Shown: positions 27,910 through 45,203 of the stretch, piece by piece
Layout of the letters: each line of letters starts with the position of its first letter
Numbering within the stretch: position 1 is the first letter of the stretch
Source of the DNA: Eledone cirrhosa
Lineage: Eukaryota
Direction of reading: 5' to 3'
DNA: 64,000 nt
NCBI GenBank assembly: GCA_964016885.1
Contig: OZ024752.1
Location: 24,552,001-24,616,000 of the forward strand
Notes under the pieces: model-generated
The model's database searches: none
Told to the model about the DNA's origin: nothing
The model's input: the letters and a program-made list of their open reading frames with translations, nothing else
Made by a program: the position numbers and the translations under genes

Positions 27910-28728
27910 TAAAAAATAATGAATAAAACAATGAAACAGTTCCTTATATTAAACAAAAAAAGTTCATTATTTAACGATCGTTTCTAGGATATATATGTGT
28001 TAGAATTGGCATGCATATTCAACAGATCTATGTACAAAATTATACAAAATTATACAAACTATCAAGATTAAATATACATACCAAACACACATATATGCCG
28101 TCTTCAGAAATAATGAAATATATTTATTGATAATAACAACAATTCAAAATTTCAGGTCCGTTTGGGAACGGAGTTCAAATTGACCAATGAAAATACAAAA
28201 AATGTTATGCAGTTTGGTGTGTGTATATACATGCAATTAAATTCGTACACATATTTATACAAAGATATATGCTCATATGCATACGCATACCAAAAAGATG
28301 TATGCAAATACAAAAATTCAAGGCTAATATCTCTGTAAGTTTATAATCCACAGATAAAATGCGTATAGACACATAAATATGAAATAAAAGTATACACATA
28401 TTCACATACTCACACATATCCGTACACTCACACACACACGCGCGCATATGCATAAACATACACATAACTACGAACATACACACACACACATACCCCCACA
28501 CACATATATATGTGGATATAGTATTATCATAAGCATATGGATATTAATGCACGCTCATAAACACTGCAACACACATTTAGATCAAGATACAGAAATTAGG
28601 TGGGAGGGGGGGAGAGGTCAGTATTCAACGGTTTCGGCAGACTGCTTATTTATAGATGTATCTATAAATTTAGAAATAAAAAGAAAAGAAAAGAAAAAGA
28701 GAAAAGAAAAAAGAAATATATCAAGAAA

Positions 28729-28785
<57 letters not shown>

Positions 28786-29200
28786 TACACATACAACACA
28801 CACACACACACACATATATAAACATATACATATATATATATACACACATACACACATACATATATATATATACACACATATATACACATATATACACACA
28901 CACATATATACACACACATATATATATATACACATATATACACACACATATATATATATACATATATATACGTCTACACATACAACACACACACACACAC
29001 ATATATAAACATATACATATAAATATACACACATACACACATACATATATATATATACACACATATATACACATATATACACACACACATATATACACAC
29101 ACATATATATATATACACGCACATATACATATACATACATACTTATATACATACAGACATACACATACATACATATATATACACACATATATACATACAG

Positions 29201-29231
<31 letters not shown>

Positions 29232-29447
29232 TACATACACACACATACATACTCATACATAGACATAGATATATATTCACACACACATACGCACTTACAT
29301 ATACGCATATATACAAATACATACGCATCCATATATCCGTATATACATACAAACACCACTACACTCTCACACAACTCAGACATACAAAGAAAAAGGTATA
29401 TACATATACACATATACACATATAAATAGAGATACACATACACATAC

Positions 29448-29506
<59 letters not shown>

Positions 29507-30015
29507 TACATATATATACATATATGTACACACACATACACACACATACATACACATATACACACATACATATATAGTCACACGCACACACACACCTACA
29601 CATACATACACATACACATATATAAAGATATATATACACACATACACACACACACATATATAATATAAATAAATATATATATATATATATACATATATAT
29701 ATACATATATATACACATATACATACATACATATACATACATACATACATATACACACATATATATACACACATACACATATACATACATACACACACAC
29801 ATACATACACACACATACATAGACATAGATATACATTCACACACACATACGCACTTACATATACGCATATATACAAATACATAGGCATCCATATATGCGT
29901 ATATACATACAAACACCACTACACTCTCACACAACTCAGAGATACGAAGAAAAAGGTATATACATATACATATATACACACATAAAAAGAGATACATATA
30001 CACATATATATATAT

Positions 30016-30055
<40 letters not shown>

Positions 30056-30491
30056 ACACACACATACAACCATAAACACACATACAAACACATACATAGA
30101 CACATATATACATATATATACACACACACAAAAACACACATACACATATATATCTACATACATATATATACACATACACACCTTCACATATATATATATA
30201 CACATACAAATATATATATATATACATAGACATACACATATATATACATATACACACACACTCACATATATATATGTGTGCGCACACGTACATATATACA
30301 CACATACACACATATACACATAAACATATACATGTGCATACATGTACATACACACATATATCCACATAGATACGAAGATACACATATATATAGAGAGACA
30401 TACATATACATACACATATATACACACACATACATACACACATATATATACACACACACATACACGCCCACACACACATATACACATATAC

Positions 30492-30536
<45 letters not shown>

Positions 30537-30545
30537 TATACATGC

Positions 30546-30594
<49 letters not shown>

Positions 30595-32554
30595 ACCATA
30601 CATCCTTATTTGCATGCGCATATATGTATTTTTATACTCAGATATAAACACCCAAACATATATACACCTACCTACATATATATTCATACATACACGCCTA
30701 CAAATACAGATAATAATAGTATGGGGGAAAGGGGGGTGGAGAAGGGGATTATAGTGAATATATGTTTCAAGAAACATAGAATATTAATCTGTATTTGGAT
30801 CTCAATATATGTTTTTACATAGTTTCAGTGTTAGGAAATGCAAGAAATAAGGCAAAATTATGCATTTCAATATAAGTATACCATTAATTATAGGTTAACT
30901 AAACTAAAGATAGTTAACATATTGATTTCTAAGGTGTAAATTAGTTATGTTTATAATATTTGAAGCAGAATTTTGAAGTTAAATAGTAGTAGAGTATTAA
31001 TTATAGTATAACTAAATTAAAATTATTAACGTTATGGTATCAATATTAGGAAATGAATTTAGTAATAGGGAAAAACCAATAAAGTATTACATCGGTAGTA
31101 GAATATAAATTATAGGTTAAAAATTATATATTAATTTCTATAGTATATGTTAATTAGGTATATAATAAATAAAACAGATATTGTATTTTATCAATAGCAG
31201 AATATAATTATATGCAAACAGAAATCAAAATTAATACATATACATATACATATATATACATATATATATATACACATATATATACATACATACACATACA
31301 TATACATACATACATATACATATTTTTTCAAAAATTGCAAAGAATATATTAACTAGGTATACATCCAAAACACATCCCATTCTATGATTACATGACCTTC
31401 TGCAATCCGTCTGTATTAGGATACTAATTTTAAGCCAATTAAATTAAATTTTTAGGTTGACTAAATTTAAAACCAAATTATAAATATATTTCTAAAATAT
31501 ATATTAATTAGGTCTATAATACTAAAAATTATTTCTCTGTCATTGAATACACGATATTTTGTTATATTTTATCTGTAAAGGAATTTTAATAAAAGGGTTA
31601 AATAAATTAAAATTAATCTATAAATTAAATTACTAAGTATATATTAGTAATATTTAAAGGTTTTTCACAATTTATGATTACACAATATTTTATATTCTCA
31701 TCTGTAGTAGAATTTTAATTAAATTAAATTTATAGGTTAACTAACATTCTGTGAGTGTGTGTGTATATGTATATATATGTGTATGTCTATGTATATATAT
31801 ATATATTTGTATGTGTATATATATATATTATTTATTATTATAATATAACTTATGTGTATATATATATATGTGAAGGTGTGTATGTGTATATATATGTATG
31901 TAGATATATATGTGTATGTGTGTTTTTGTGTGTGTGTATATATATGTATATATGTGTCTATGTATGTGTTTGTATGTGTGTTTATGGTTGTATGTGTGTG
32001 TAGGTATATATATATATATATATATGTATGTATATATATATATATGTGTATATGTATCTCTTTTTATGTGTGTATTTATGTATATGTATATACCTTTTTC
32101 TTCGTATGTCTGAGTTGTGTGAGAGTGTAGTGGTGTTTGTATGTATATACGCATATATGGATGCCTATGTATTTGTATATATGCGTATATGTAAGTGCGT
32201 ATGTGTGTGTGAATGTATTTCTATGTCTATGTATGAGTATGTATGTGTGTGTATGTATGTGTGTGTGTATGTATGTATATGTGTATGTGTGTATATATAT
32301 GTGTGTATATGTATGTATGTATGTATATGTATGTATGTATATGTGTATATATATGTATATATATATGTATATATATATATATATATATTTATTTATATTA
32401 TATATGTGTGTGTGTGTATGTGTATATATATATCTTTATATATGTGTATGTGTATGTATGTGTAGGTGTGTGTGTGCGTGTGACTATATATGTATGTGTG
32501 TATATGTGTATGTATGTGTGTGTATGTGTGTGTACATATATGTATATATATGTA

Positions 32555-32612
<58 letters not shown>

Positions 32613-32827
32613 TATGTGTATGTGTATCTCTATTTATATGTGTATATGTGTATATGTATATACCTTTTTCTTTGTATGTCTGAGTTGTGTGAGAGTGTAG
32701 TGGTGTTTGTATGTATATACGGATATATGGATGCGTATGTATTTGTATATATGCGTATATGTATGTGCGTATGTATGTGTGAATATATATCTATGTCTAT
32801 GTATGAGTATGTATGTGTGTGTATGTA

Positions 32828-32858
<31 letters not shown>

Positions 32859-33271
32859 CTGTATGTATATATGTGTGTATATATATGTATGTATGTGTAT
32901 GTCTGTATGTATATAAGTATGTATGTATATGTATATGTGCGTGTATATATATATATATGTGTGTGTATATATGTGTGTGTGTATATATGTGTATATATGT
33001 GTGTATATATATATATGTATGTGTGTATGTGTGTATATTTATATGTATATGTTTATATATGTGTGTGTGTGTGTGTTGTATGTGTAGACGTATATATATG
33101 TATATATATATATGTGTGTGTATATATGTGTATATATATATGTGTGTGTATATATGTGTGTGTGTATATATGTGTATATATGTGTGTATATATATATATG
33201 TATGTGTGTATGTGTGTATATATATATATGTATATGTTTATATATGTGTGTGTGTGTGTGTTGTATGTGTA

Positions 33272-33320
<49 letters not shown>

Positions 33321-34279
33321 TTTCTTGATATATTTCTTTTTTCTTTTCTCTTTTTCTTTTCTTTTCTTTTTATTTCTAAATTTATAGATACATCTATAAA
33401 TAAGCAGTCTGCCGAAACCGTTGAATACTGACCTCTCCCCCCCTCCCACCTAATTTCTGTATCTTGATCTAAATGTGTGTTGCAGTGTTTATGAGCGTGC
33501 ATTAATATCCATATGCTTATGATAATACTATATCCACATATATATGTGTGTGGGGGTATGTGTGTGTGTATATGTTCGTAGTTATGTGTATGTTTATGCA
33601 TATGCGCGCGTGTGTGTGTGAGTGTACGGATATGTGTGAGTATGTGAATATGTGTATACTTTTATTTCATATTTATGTGTCTATACGCATTTTATCTGTG
33701 GATTATAAACTTACAGAGATATTAGCCTTGAATTTTTGTATTTGCATACATCTTTTTGGCATGCGTATGCATATGAGCATATATCTTTGTATAAATATGT
33801 GTACGAATTTAATTGCATGTATATACACACACCAAACTGCATAAAATTTTTTGTATTTTCATTGGTCAATTTGAACTCCGTTCCCAAACGGACCTGAAAT
33901 TTTGAATTGTTGTTATTATCAATAAATATATTTCATTATTTCTGAAGACGGCATATATGTGTGTTTGGTATGTATATTTAATCTTGATAGTTTGTATAAT
34001 TTTGTATAATTTTGTACATAGATCTGTTGAATATGCATGCCAATTCTAACACATATATATCCTAGAAACGATCGTTAAATAATGAACTTTTTTTGTTTAA
34101 TATAAGGAACTGTTTCATTGTTTTATTCATTATTTTTTAATATTTTATCTTGACTCTGTATTCCGTTTATCTTTCACCGAAAGTGATTTTTCATTGCATC
34201 TCTTCTTTCCATGATATCCGGACTACATTGAGTTCTCCATACGGATTGGACACTACCGTAAACTCTTGGTAGATTTATC

Positions 34280-34283
<4 letters not shown>
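27901..34283. mobile_element. Naiad family B copy B3: ORF-less 3' UTR (27901-31748, -) plus inverted pLTR (31751-34283, +)
   Basis: Both arms match the B1/B2 3' UTR anchors and each carries the long-stem HHR. Confidence 0.85.
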
Positions 34284-34329
<46 letters not shown>

Positions 34330-34375
34330 ATATATATATATCTGATATATATATATATATTATATATATATATAT

Positions 34376-34584
34376 ACGTAGGTCCAGGGTTGAGTCGGGG
34401 ATAACCACAGTAAGTAAGGTACTCAATACATGGCAGAGTAAAATTTTTTTATTTTATAGCAGGAGCTTCTACAGGACTAGTACTGTTTCATTCAGATGAA
34501 ATCTTCAGGAAGCTTAGAGCTTCCTGAAGATTTCATCTGAATGAAACAGTACTAGTCCTGTAGAAGCTCCTTCTATAAAATAAA

Positions 34585-34589
<5 letters not shown>
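34376..34589. mobile_element. Family C element with two back-to-back hammerheads
   Basis: Complete HHR on - (34464-34514) and on + (34518-34568), forming a ~70-bp-arm palindrome with a 3-nt spacer. Confidence 0.8.
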
Positions 34590-34665
<76 letters not shown>

Positions 34666-34734
34666 TATGAAGAGAGAAGAAACATTTAGATATAATTAGT
34701 AATAAAATGTATCATACCTAAACTGTTCCTAAAT

Positions 34735-34822
34735 TCCTCGACTACGTAGTTTCGTGGCATAAACAAAAACAATATATCAAAGATATAGAGTCCTTGCGAG
34801 GTCTGCCGACTTATCAAGAGAA
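34735..34822 (-). ncRNA. Hammerhead ribozyme, U3-A8 core variant
   Basis: TTCTC-TTGATAA-GT(C)GGCA..TGCCAC-GAAA-CTACGTAG-TC-GAGGA. It lies in a non-coding insert (34663-35196) that has a fold-back end. Confidence 0.7.
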
Positions 34823-35188
34823 TACCTCATTTTACTAGTCTCAAGAACGCGTCTACACGACGCGAGAAAGAATCCCAAAAGGCGGAGGGGGAGATAGTCT
34901 CGCGATATAACGGTCGAGAAACAGAGCTAAGCCTCTTATAACCACGAAGAAAATACCACGGAGGCGGAGGGGGTATTCATATCGAGGCCGTAGAAGAGGT
35001 AGTGAAGAAGGCGAGAAGTATGAGTAATGGAAGCTTTCCAGTTGTCCCCACACCTCAAAGATTGCTCGACCAGAGGGAGTTATTAATATATTTAGAAACA
35101 CACAGATACATGCGGACGCACACATATATACATGAATGCATCCGCACCCAACTGTGAGTTAAGGGTGCCAACATGTATCTGTGTGTTT

Positions 35189-35292
<104 letters not shown>

Positions 35293-35410
35293 GATATATA
35301 TATATATCTGATATATATGTATATATATATATATCTTATATATATATATATATCTTATATATATATATATCTGATATATATATACATCTGATATATATAT
35401 ATATATATAT

Positions 35411-35482
<72 letters not shown>

Positions 35483-35484
35483 CT

Positions 35485-35554
<70 letters not shown>

Positions 35555-35646
35555 ATATATCTTATATATATATATATTATATATTAATATCTGATATATA
35601 TATATATATATTAATCTGATATATATATATCTGATATATATATATA

Positions 35647-35694
<48 letters not shown>

Positions 35695-35767
35695 TATATA
35701 TATATATCTGATATATATATATATATATATATCTTATATATATATATATAACTTATATATATATATA

Positions 35768-35800
<33 letters not shown>

Positions 35801-35922
35801 ACTGATATATATATATATATATATATCTCATATATATATGTATATCTTATATATATATATATCTGATATATATATATATATATATATATCTTATATATAT
35901 ATATATCTGATATATATATATA

Positions 35923-35976
<54 letters not shown>

Positions 35977-36028
35977 GATATATATATATATATATATCTT
36001 ATATATATATATCTTATATATATATATA

Positions 36029-36088
<60 letters not shown>

Positions 36089-36203
36089 TATATATATATA
36101 TAATATAAATATATATATATATATTTATATATATATATATATATATCTCATATATATATATATATGATATATATAAATATATATATATATATCTTATATA
36201 TAT

Positions 36204-36240
<37 letters not shown>

Positions 36241-36275
36241 GATATATATATAGAGATATATACATATATATATAT

Positions 36276-36362
<87 letters not shown>

Positions 36363-36399
36363 GATATATATATCTGATATATATATGTATATATATATA

Positions 36400-36479
<80 letters not shown>

Positions 36480-36506
36480 ATATATTTATATATATCTTAT
36501 ATATAT

Positions 36507-36933
36507 CTATCTATCTAAGGCGGGTAAAATTCCCGAGATCCATGGACGAGTTCTCTCCAGCGGTCTCTGTCCCTCATTATCGCTGCCATATCCTGCATCT
36601 CCAACAGACCATGTCTGTCCTTAGGGCATCAACATATGTTAACCTTGGTCTTCCTCTTCTAGTGTGTCCATGTAGGGGCTCCCAAAGGAGCACTGAGTGC
36701 AATGTCAACTCTGGATGTCGGTGAGCATGTCCAGCCAACCTCAGTCTCCTCTGTGTCACTTTTGAGCTGACATATATATATAAACATATATATATATAAA
36801 CATATCATATATATAAACATATATATATATAAACATATCATATATATAAACATATATATATATAAACATATCATATATATAAACATATATATATAAACAT
36901 ATCATATATATAAACATATATATATATAAACAT

Positions 36934-36968
<35 letters not shown>

Positions 36969-36988
36969 GATATATATATATATATATA

Positions 36989-37054
<66 letters not shown>

Positions 37055-37174
37055 TATATATATATAAACATATATATATATATATATATCAGATATATAT
37101 ATATATATATCAGATATATATATATATATATATATATGATATATATATATATACGATATATAAATATATATATA

Positions 37175-37248
<74 letters not shown>

Positions 37249-37597
37249 TATATATATATATAATTATATATATATATCAGATATATATATATATATATAT
37301 CAGATATATATATATCAGATATATATATATATATATCAGATATATATATATATCAGATATATATATAAGATATATATATATATATATATATATATCAGAT
37401 ATATATATATATCTGTGTCACTTTTGAGCTGACTTTTGGGATGCTCCCATACAGCTCTGAGTTTTTCATCCTCAGTGTATACTGATTAATGTTCAGAGCC
37501 ATCCTCAGTATTCTCGTGTAGCACCCATCCACCATCTGAGTGAGTCTCTTGGTCAGTGTCCAAGTCTCAGACCCATAGAGCAGCACAGACTCCACTA
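36507..37597 (-). mobile_element. 3' fragment of the RTE-clade LINE, split by a 640-bp TA-rich insert
   Basis: 36507-36771 and 37412-37597 match ~50051-50480 in reverse complement; 22 bp are duplicated at the break. Confidence 0.9.
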
Positions 37598-37613
37598 GAT
37601 ATATATATATATA

Positions 37614-37646
<33 letters not shown>

Positions 37647-37889
37647 TATATATATCTTATATATATATATATATATGTTTAAATATATATCTTATATATA
37701 TATATATCTTATATATATATATATATATGATGTATATATATATATATATATGATATATATATATATGTTTATATATATATAAATATATATATATATATGT
37801 TTATATATATATATATGTTTATATATATATATCTGATATATATATATATGTTTATATATATATATATCTGATATATATATATATATATA

Positions 37890-37933
<44 letters not shown>

Positions 37934-37992
37934 GTTTATATATATATATCTTATATATATATATATATATGTTTATATATATATATCTGATG

Positions 37993-38025
<33 letters not shown>

Positions 38026-38062
38026 ATGTTTATATATATATATGTTATATATATATATATAT

Positions 38063-38103
<41 letters not shown>

Positions 38104-38111
38104 TATACATA

Positions 38112-38211
<100 letters not shown>

Positions 38212-38368
38212 TATGTATATATATTGTATATATCTTATATATATATATATTATATATATCTTATATATATATATATATATCTGATATATATATATATCTG
38301 ATATATATATATCTGATATATATATATATCTGATATATATATATATCTGATATATATATATATCTGAT

Positions 38369-38408
<40 letters not shown>

Positions 38409-38536
38409 CTTATATATATATATATCTGATATATATATATATATATCTGATATATATAAATATATATATATATATCTTATATATATATATATATATCTTA
38501 TATATATATATATATATCTTATATATATATATATAT

Positions 38537-38573
<37 letters not shown>

Positions 38574-38597
38574 TATATATATATATATATATATATA

Positions 38598-38649
<52 letters not shown>

Positions 38650-38667
38650 GATATATATTTATATATA

Positions 38668-38753
<86 letters not shown>

Positions 38754-38969
38754 ATATATGTGTATATGTATATATATATGTGTGTATATATATATGTATG
38801 TATATATATGTGTGTATGTATATATATGTATGTGTATGTATGTGTGTATGTGTGTATGTGTGTGTACATATATGTGTATATATATGTTTGTTGTGAATAT
38901 ATGTATATATATATGTGTGTATGTATGTGTATGTGTATGTTTATATATGTATATGTATATGTCTCTATA

Positions 38970-39048
<79 letters not shown>

Positions 39049-40161
39049 CGGTGTGTATTTTATGTATGAGTATATATTTTACTTGTTTATTTCTTTTAAT
39101 ATATTTCTTTTTATTTCTAAATTTATAGATACATTTTTATAAATAGGCTGTTGTCTGACACCCTCTGTAATTACTGACTCCCTTCACCTATTTTTAGTTC
39201 TGCATCTAGATGTAAATATATGTGGCAGTGTTTATGTGTGCGCCTCAATATCCAAATAGTTATAATAATAATATATACGTATATGTGTGTGTGTGTGTGT
39301 GTATGTGTGTATGTATGTTCGTGGGTATGTGTATGTTTATGTGTATATGCGTGTGTATGTATGAATGTATGTATATGTGTGTATATATGAGTGTATATAT
39401 GTATGTATACGTATGTGTATTTTGTCTGTAGATTATAAACATACAGAGACATTAGCCCTGAATTTTTGTATTTACATACATTTTTTCGACATGCGTATGG
39501 ATGTGAACATACATTTTTATGCATATCTGTTGACGAAGTTACTTACATATATACACACACCTAACTGTATTTTCTTGATATATTTTTGTGTATTTCATTG
39601 GTTTATTTGAACACTGTTCCCAAACAGACCTGTAATTTTGAATTGTTGTTATTATCAATAAATATATTTCATTATTTCTGAAGACGGCATATGTATGTGT
39701 TGGTATGTATATTCTATTTGATAGTTTGTATAATTTTGTATAATTTTGTACATAGATCTGTTGAATATGCATGCCAATTCTAACATATATATGTCCTAGA
39801 AACGATCGTTAAATAATGAACTTTTTTTGTTTAATAACTTTTTTTGTTTTATTCATTATTTTTTTAATACTTTATCTTGACTCTGTATTCCGTTTATCTT
39901 TCACCGAAAGTGATTTTTGAAAGCATCTCTTCTTTCCATGATATCCGGATTACATTGAGTTCTTCATACGGATTGGACACTACCGTAAACTTTTGGTAGA
40001 TTTATCTACATAATTTGCTCCTATTTTCACGGAAATATTCGTATTTTTGTACTGTATATGTGTGTTAATTTTATATTTATGTATATACATAAACATGTAT
40101 GATTTTATAACACCATATACATTTAGTTGAGCTCTTTCTATTGTCCATTATCCATATCACA

Positions 40162-42613
40162 ATGGAAAAACAATACTTGGGAACTTCTTTAAAGAATATA
40201 CCAATACCTTCTAAGGCCTTCTTACTCCTTATGATACAGAAAACTAACCAATTTATCAGAAGAGTTAGATGGAGGGCCTACCACTTCGATAAAAAATCTA
40301 AATATGCAGATAGGAAATATATGTATGATTTCACCACTTACAAGAATCCACCACACAACTCTCTACTTGAAGACTTTGAGAAAGACCTTTTTAATTTAAT
40401 TAAACACCTCAAATTTAAGAAGTATAAATCTGTCTTTCAAAAGGACCTTGATTCTACCCTATTGGACCTAAAAAAGTCTAAAAAAATCCATGTCCACTCG
40501 GACAAAACTGGAAACTTGTATCACATGGATATTGAAAATTATAATGAGTTCATATATAAAGAACTCAGGAAAAATTATAGAAAATCTAATAATGCGTCAC
40601 TCACCAACATCAACAACAAAACACACAACATAGTAAATAAACTAAATATTGAAGATAGAACTGAACCTTTGGCATTGAAAAGACCACACTTCAACCTGAA
40701 GGATCATAAATCAAACTTTAACTCACATCCTTCTATAAGACTTATATGTCCCTCCAAATCTGATATTGGAATAATTAGCAAAAACATTTTGGATAGAGTC
40801 ATCCCACAAATAAGAAAACATGTTAATTTACCACTCTGGGAAAACACTTCCCAGGTAATTAACTGGTTTAAAAATATTAGATGTAAATCTTCTGCTTCAT
40901 TTCTACAATTTGATATAGATAATTACTATTCGTCTATATCACCTATACTCCTGAACAAAGCTTTGATATTTGCTAAAAATAGATCTAACTTAACTTTGGA
41001 TGACATTAAAATTATTACACATGCTAGACTAACACTTATTGAATTTCAGAATGAATACTGGACCAGAAACACATATAGTAATCTATTTGATATTACTATG
41101 GGTTCAAGCGATTCTGCCCAAATTACTGATCTTGTGGGCCTCTTTCTTCTTTTTAACATAAATGCTTCCTTTCCCCACCTTAAAGGTGGTTTATATCGTG
41201 ATGACTGTCTTCTTCTTTCCAACAACCTTAGCCTCTCAGAAATAGAAAAAAAACAAAAAGCTTATTAGAACTTTCCTTAAAGACTATTATAGTCTTCATA
41301 TTACTTTTGAAAACACAAGTAAAGTAGTTAATTTCCTAGATATAACTTTAGACTTAGCTACGGGTATCTACCAACCTTACCATAAACCCAACCAAAACTT
41401 ACACTACATACACTCACAATCTAATCACCCTAAATCTATCCTTAAAAACCTTGCATATAATATATCACTTAGAATTTCTAACCTTTCGTCTAACCAAGAT
41501 GTATTTGATAAAAATGCGACCTTCTATAACGAAGCTCTAGATAGAAGTGGCCACAAAAATAGATTGGAATATATACCTTCTACTAAAAACACTATAAACA
41601 TACAACCTAATATTACCAACAAACACCAAATGAAAAGTACACACCTAAATGCCACTCACACTATACCCCAAAATACCAACATAAAACCAATTTTCTCTAA
41701 CTCCTCTAATATAAAGTATAGTAACTCTCAAAAAACTACTCGTCATACAACTCTAATAAATGTTAATAATAAAACTCCTAATAAACAAGATAAAACACCT
41801 AAATCAATAAATCTAACTAAAAATGTGCGTGGTGAGGTCATTAACATTAATCCTCCTGGTAAACATCACGATGCAACCTATAAAAATAATAAACAACATA
41901 GAAACCGTAATAGACGAGTTACTTGGTATAATGCTCCATTTAATTTACAAATTAAGGATAATATTGCTAAAAAAATTTTTTATATCCTAGAGAAAAACTT
42001 CCCGCCAAACCACAAATACCATCAAATCTTAAATAGATCAACAGTTAAATTCTCATACTCAACAACCAAAAACATAAAACAAAATATAAGTGCCTATAAT
42101 GCATATAAATGTAAAAAAACCATAAGTATACCACCAATACATCAAACTAACCATAATATCTCCTCAAATACAGAATTAACGAAAGGTTGTAACTGTAGAA
42201 ACAAAGCAAACTGCCCATTAAAAGGAAATTGTCTTGTTAACAACATAGTTTATAAATGTAAAGTTAAAACTAAAGATTCTATTTGCTCATATATAGGAGC
42301 TACTTCTAACAATTTTAAGGTAAGGTTTAATACCCACAAACATAGTTTTAAAAATGCTGCACTGGCTAATACAACATCTCTAGCAGAAAAAATTAATAGT
42401 TATAGAAATAAGAATATAGAATATGATATGACCTGGAGTGTGCTCAAAAGAGCCACCCCTTATCAAAATAATAGAAATGAATGTAGATCGTGTTCCCAAG
42501 AACTATTCGAAATAATGAAATCTAAGGATATCCTATTAAATAAGCGACAGGAATTAATTATATCGTGTAATCATAAACTGAGAAAAACATTTAAATATTA
42601 TAAACCTAATTAA
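40162..42613 (+). pseudogene. Full-length PLE RT-GIY-YIG ORF with a single +1 A at ~41250
   Basis: MEKQYLGTSLKNIPIPS start. The A-run is 8 long versus 7 in B1; the downstream frame is open to YKPN*. Confidence 0.85.
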
Positions 42614-43732
42614 TAATATATATTTTAAAAATTAATATATAATTTAATTTAAACGTAGTTAACCTATAACTTTAATTTAATTAAAATTCTACTACAGATG
42701 AGATTAAAAAATATTGTGTAATCATAAATTGTGAAAAACTTTTAAATATTATTAACATAATTAATATATACTTTGGAAATTAATTTATAGATTAATTTTA
42801 GTTTATTTAACCTTTTATTAAAATTCCTTTACAGATGAAATATAACAAAATATCGTGTAATCAATAACAGAGAAATACTTTTTAATATTATAAACCTAAT
42901 TAATGTACAATTTAGAAATTAATTTATAAATTAATTTTAATTTAATTAACCTATAATTTTAATTTAGTTAGCTTAAAATTAAAATTCTAATACAGATGGA
43001 TTGCAGAATATCATGTAATCATAAACTGAGAAAAACTTTTAAATATACACCTAATTAATATATTCTTTACAAATAAATATATAGATTAATTTTAATTTTT
43101 GTTAACCTATAATTATATTCTACTATAGATAAAATACAAAATCTGCTTTAATTATTATAAACCTAATTAACATATACTATAGAAATTAATATATAATTTT
43201 TAGTTTAGTTAACCTATAATTTATATTCTACTACCGATGAAATACTTGATTTGGTTTTCCCTATTACTAAATTAATTTCCTAAAATTGATACAATAATGT
43301 TAATATTTTTAATGTAGTTATGCTATAATTAATACTCTACTACTGTTTAACTTCAAAATTCCGCTTTAAATATTATACACCTTAGAATTCAATATATTAA
43401 CTATTTTTAATTTAGTTAACCTATAATTAATAGTCTACTTATATTAAAATGCATAATTTTGCCTTCTTTCTTACATTTACTAATACTGAAACTACTATGT
43501 AAACACATATTATGATCTAAATGCAGATTAATATTCTATGTTCCTTGAAACCTATATTTACTATTTCCCACTAATAATTTTAATCCCCCCCCCCCCCATA
43601 ATTATTCGTATTTGTAAGCGTGGATGTATGTATGTGTATGTAAGTATGTATGTATGTTTGGGTGTTTGTATGTTTGGGTGCGCATGTAAATAAGTGTGTA
43701 TGATTGTATATATATATATATATATATGTGTA

Positions 43733-43795
<63 letters not shown>

Positions 43796-43884
43796 GTGTG
43801 TGTATGTATGTGTATGTGTATATATATTTGTAGAGATGTGTGTATGTATGTGTATATATATGCATAATTGTCTGACTGTGTGTA

Positions 43885-43928
<44 letters not shown>

Positions 43929-44338
43929 AGTATGTATGTGTGTATATATATTTATATGTATGTATATATCTATATATATATATATATATGTGTGTATATA
44001 TATCTCTATATTTATGTATGTCTGAGTTGTGTGTGAGCGTGTGGTTGTATGTGTATATATATACATGGATATGTGTATGTGTATGTATATATACGTATAT
44101 GTATGTGTGTGTGTATATATATGTGCGTGTATGTGTATATATATATGTGTGTATATATATATATGTATGTATATATATGTGTGTATGTATATATATGTAT
44201 GTGTATGTATGTGTGTATGTGTGTATGTGTGTGTACATATATGTGAATATATATGTGTGTTGTGAATATATGTATATATATATGTGTGTATGTATGTGTA
44301 TGTGTATGTTTATATATGTATATGTATATGTCTCTATA

Positions 44339-44381
<43 letters not shown>

Positions 44382-45018
44382 CGGTGTGTATTTTATGTAT
44401 GAGTATATATTTTACTTGTTTATTTCTTTTAATATATTTCTTTTTATTTCTAAATTTATAGATACATTTTTATAAATAGGCTGTTGTCTGACACCCTCTG
44501 TAATTACTGACTCCCTTTACCTATTTTTAGTTCTGCATCTCGATGTAAATATATGTGGCAGTGTTTATGTGTGCGCCTCAATATCCATATAGTTATAATA
44601 ATAATATATACGTATGTGTGTGTGTGTGTGTGTGTATGTGTGTGTGTATGTTCGTGGGTATGTGTATGTTTATGTGTATATGCGTGCGTGTGTATGAATG
44701 TATGTATATGTGTGTATATATGAGTGTATATATGTATGTATACGTATGTGTATTTTGTCTGTAGATTATAAACATACAGAGACATTAGCCCTGAATTTTT
44801 GTATTTACATACATTTTTTCGACATGCGTATGCATGTGAACATACATTTTTATGCATATCTGTGGACGAAGTTACTTACATATATACACACACCTAACTG
44901 TATTTTCTTGATATATTTTTGTGTATTTCATTGGTCTATTTGAACACTGTTCCCAAACAGACCTGTAATTTTGAATTGTTGTTATTATCAATAAATATAT
45001 TTCATTATTTCTGAAGAT

Positions 45019-45203
45019 GGCGGTGAATTGGCAGTATCGGTAGAGGGTTGGACGCCATGCTTTCTAGCATAGTTACGTCCCTTTACAGTCTGAGTTCAAA
45101 TCCCGCCGAGGTTAACTTTGCCTTTCATCCTTACGGGGTCGATAAAATAAAGTACCAGTAATGTACTGGGTAATTTGCTGGCCTTGTGCCTAAAGTAGAA
45201 ACA
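45019..45203 (+). mobile_element. tRNA-derived SINE (octopus-type) with 15-bp target-site duplication
   Basis: A-box-like TGGCAGTATCGG and B-box GAGTTCAAATCC. Body CTTTGCCTTTCATCC..GGGGTCGATAAAATAAAGTACCAG. TSD ATTATTTCTGAAGAT at 45004-45018 and 45204-45218. Absent from other B copies. Confidence 0.85.

Noticed and set aside
45019-45110. tRNA gene
   Set aside because: A/B boxes are present, but there is no cloverleaf; it continues into a SINE body and has a TSD.
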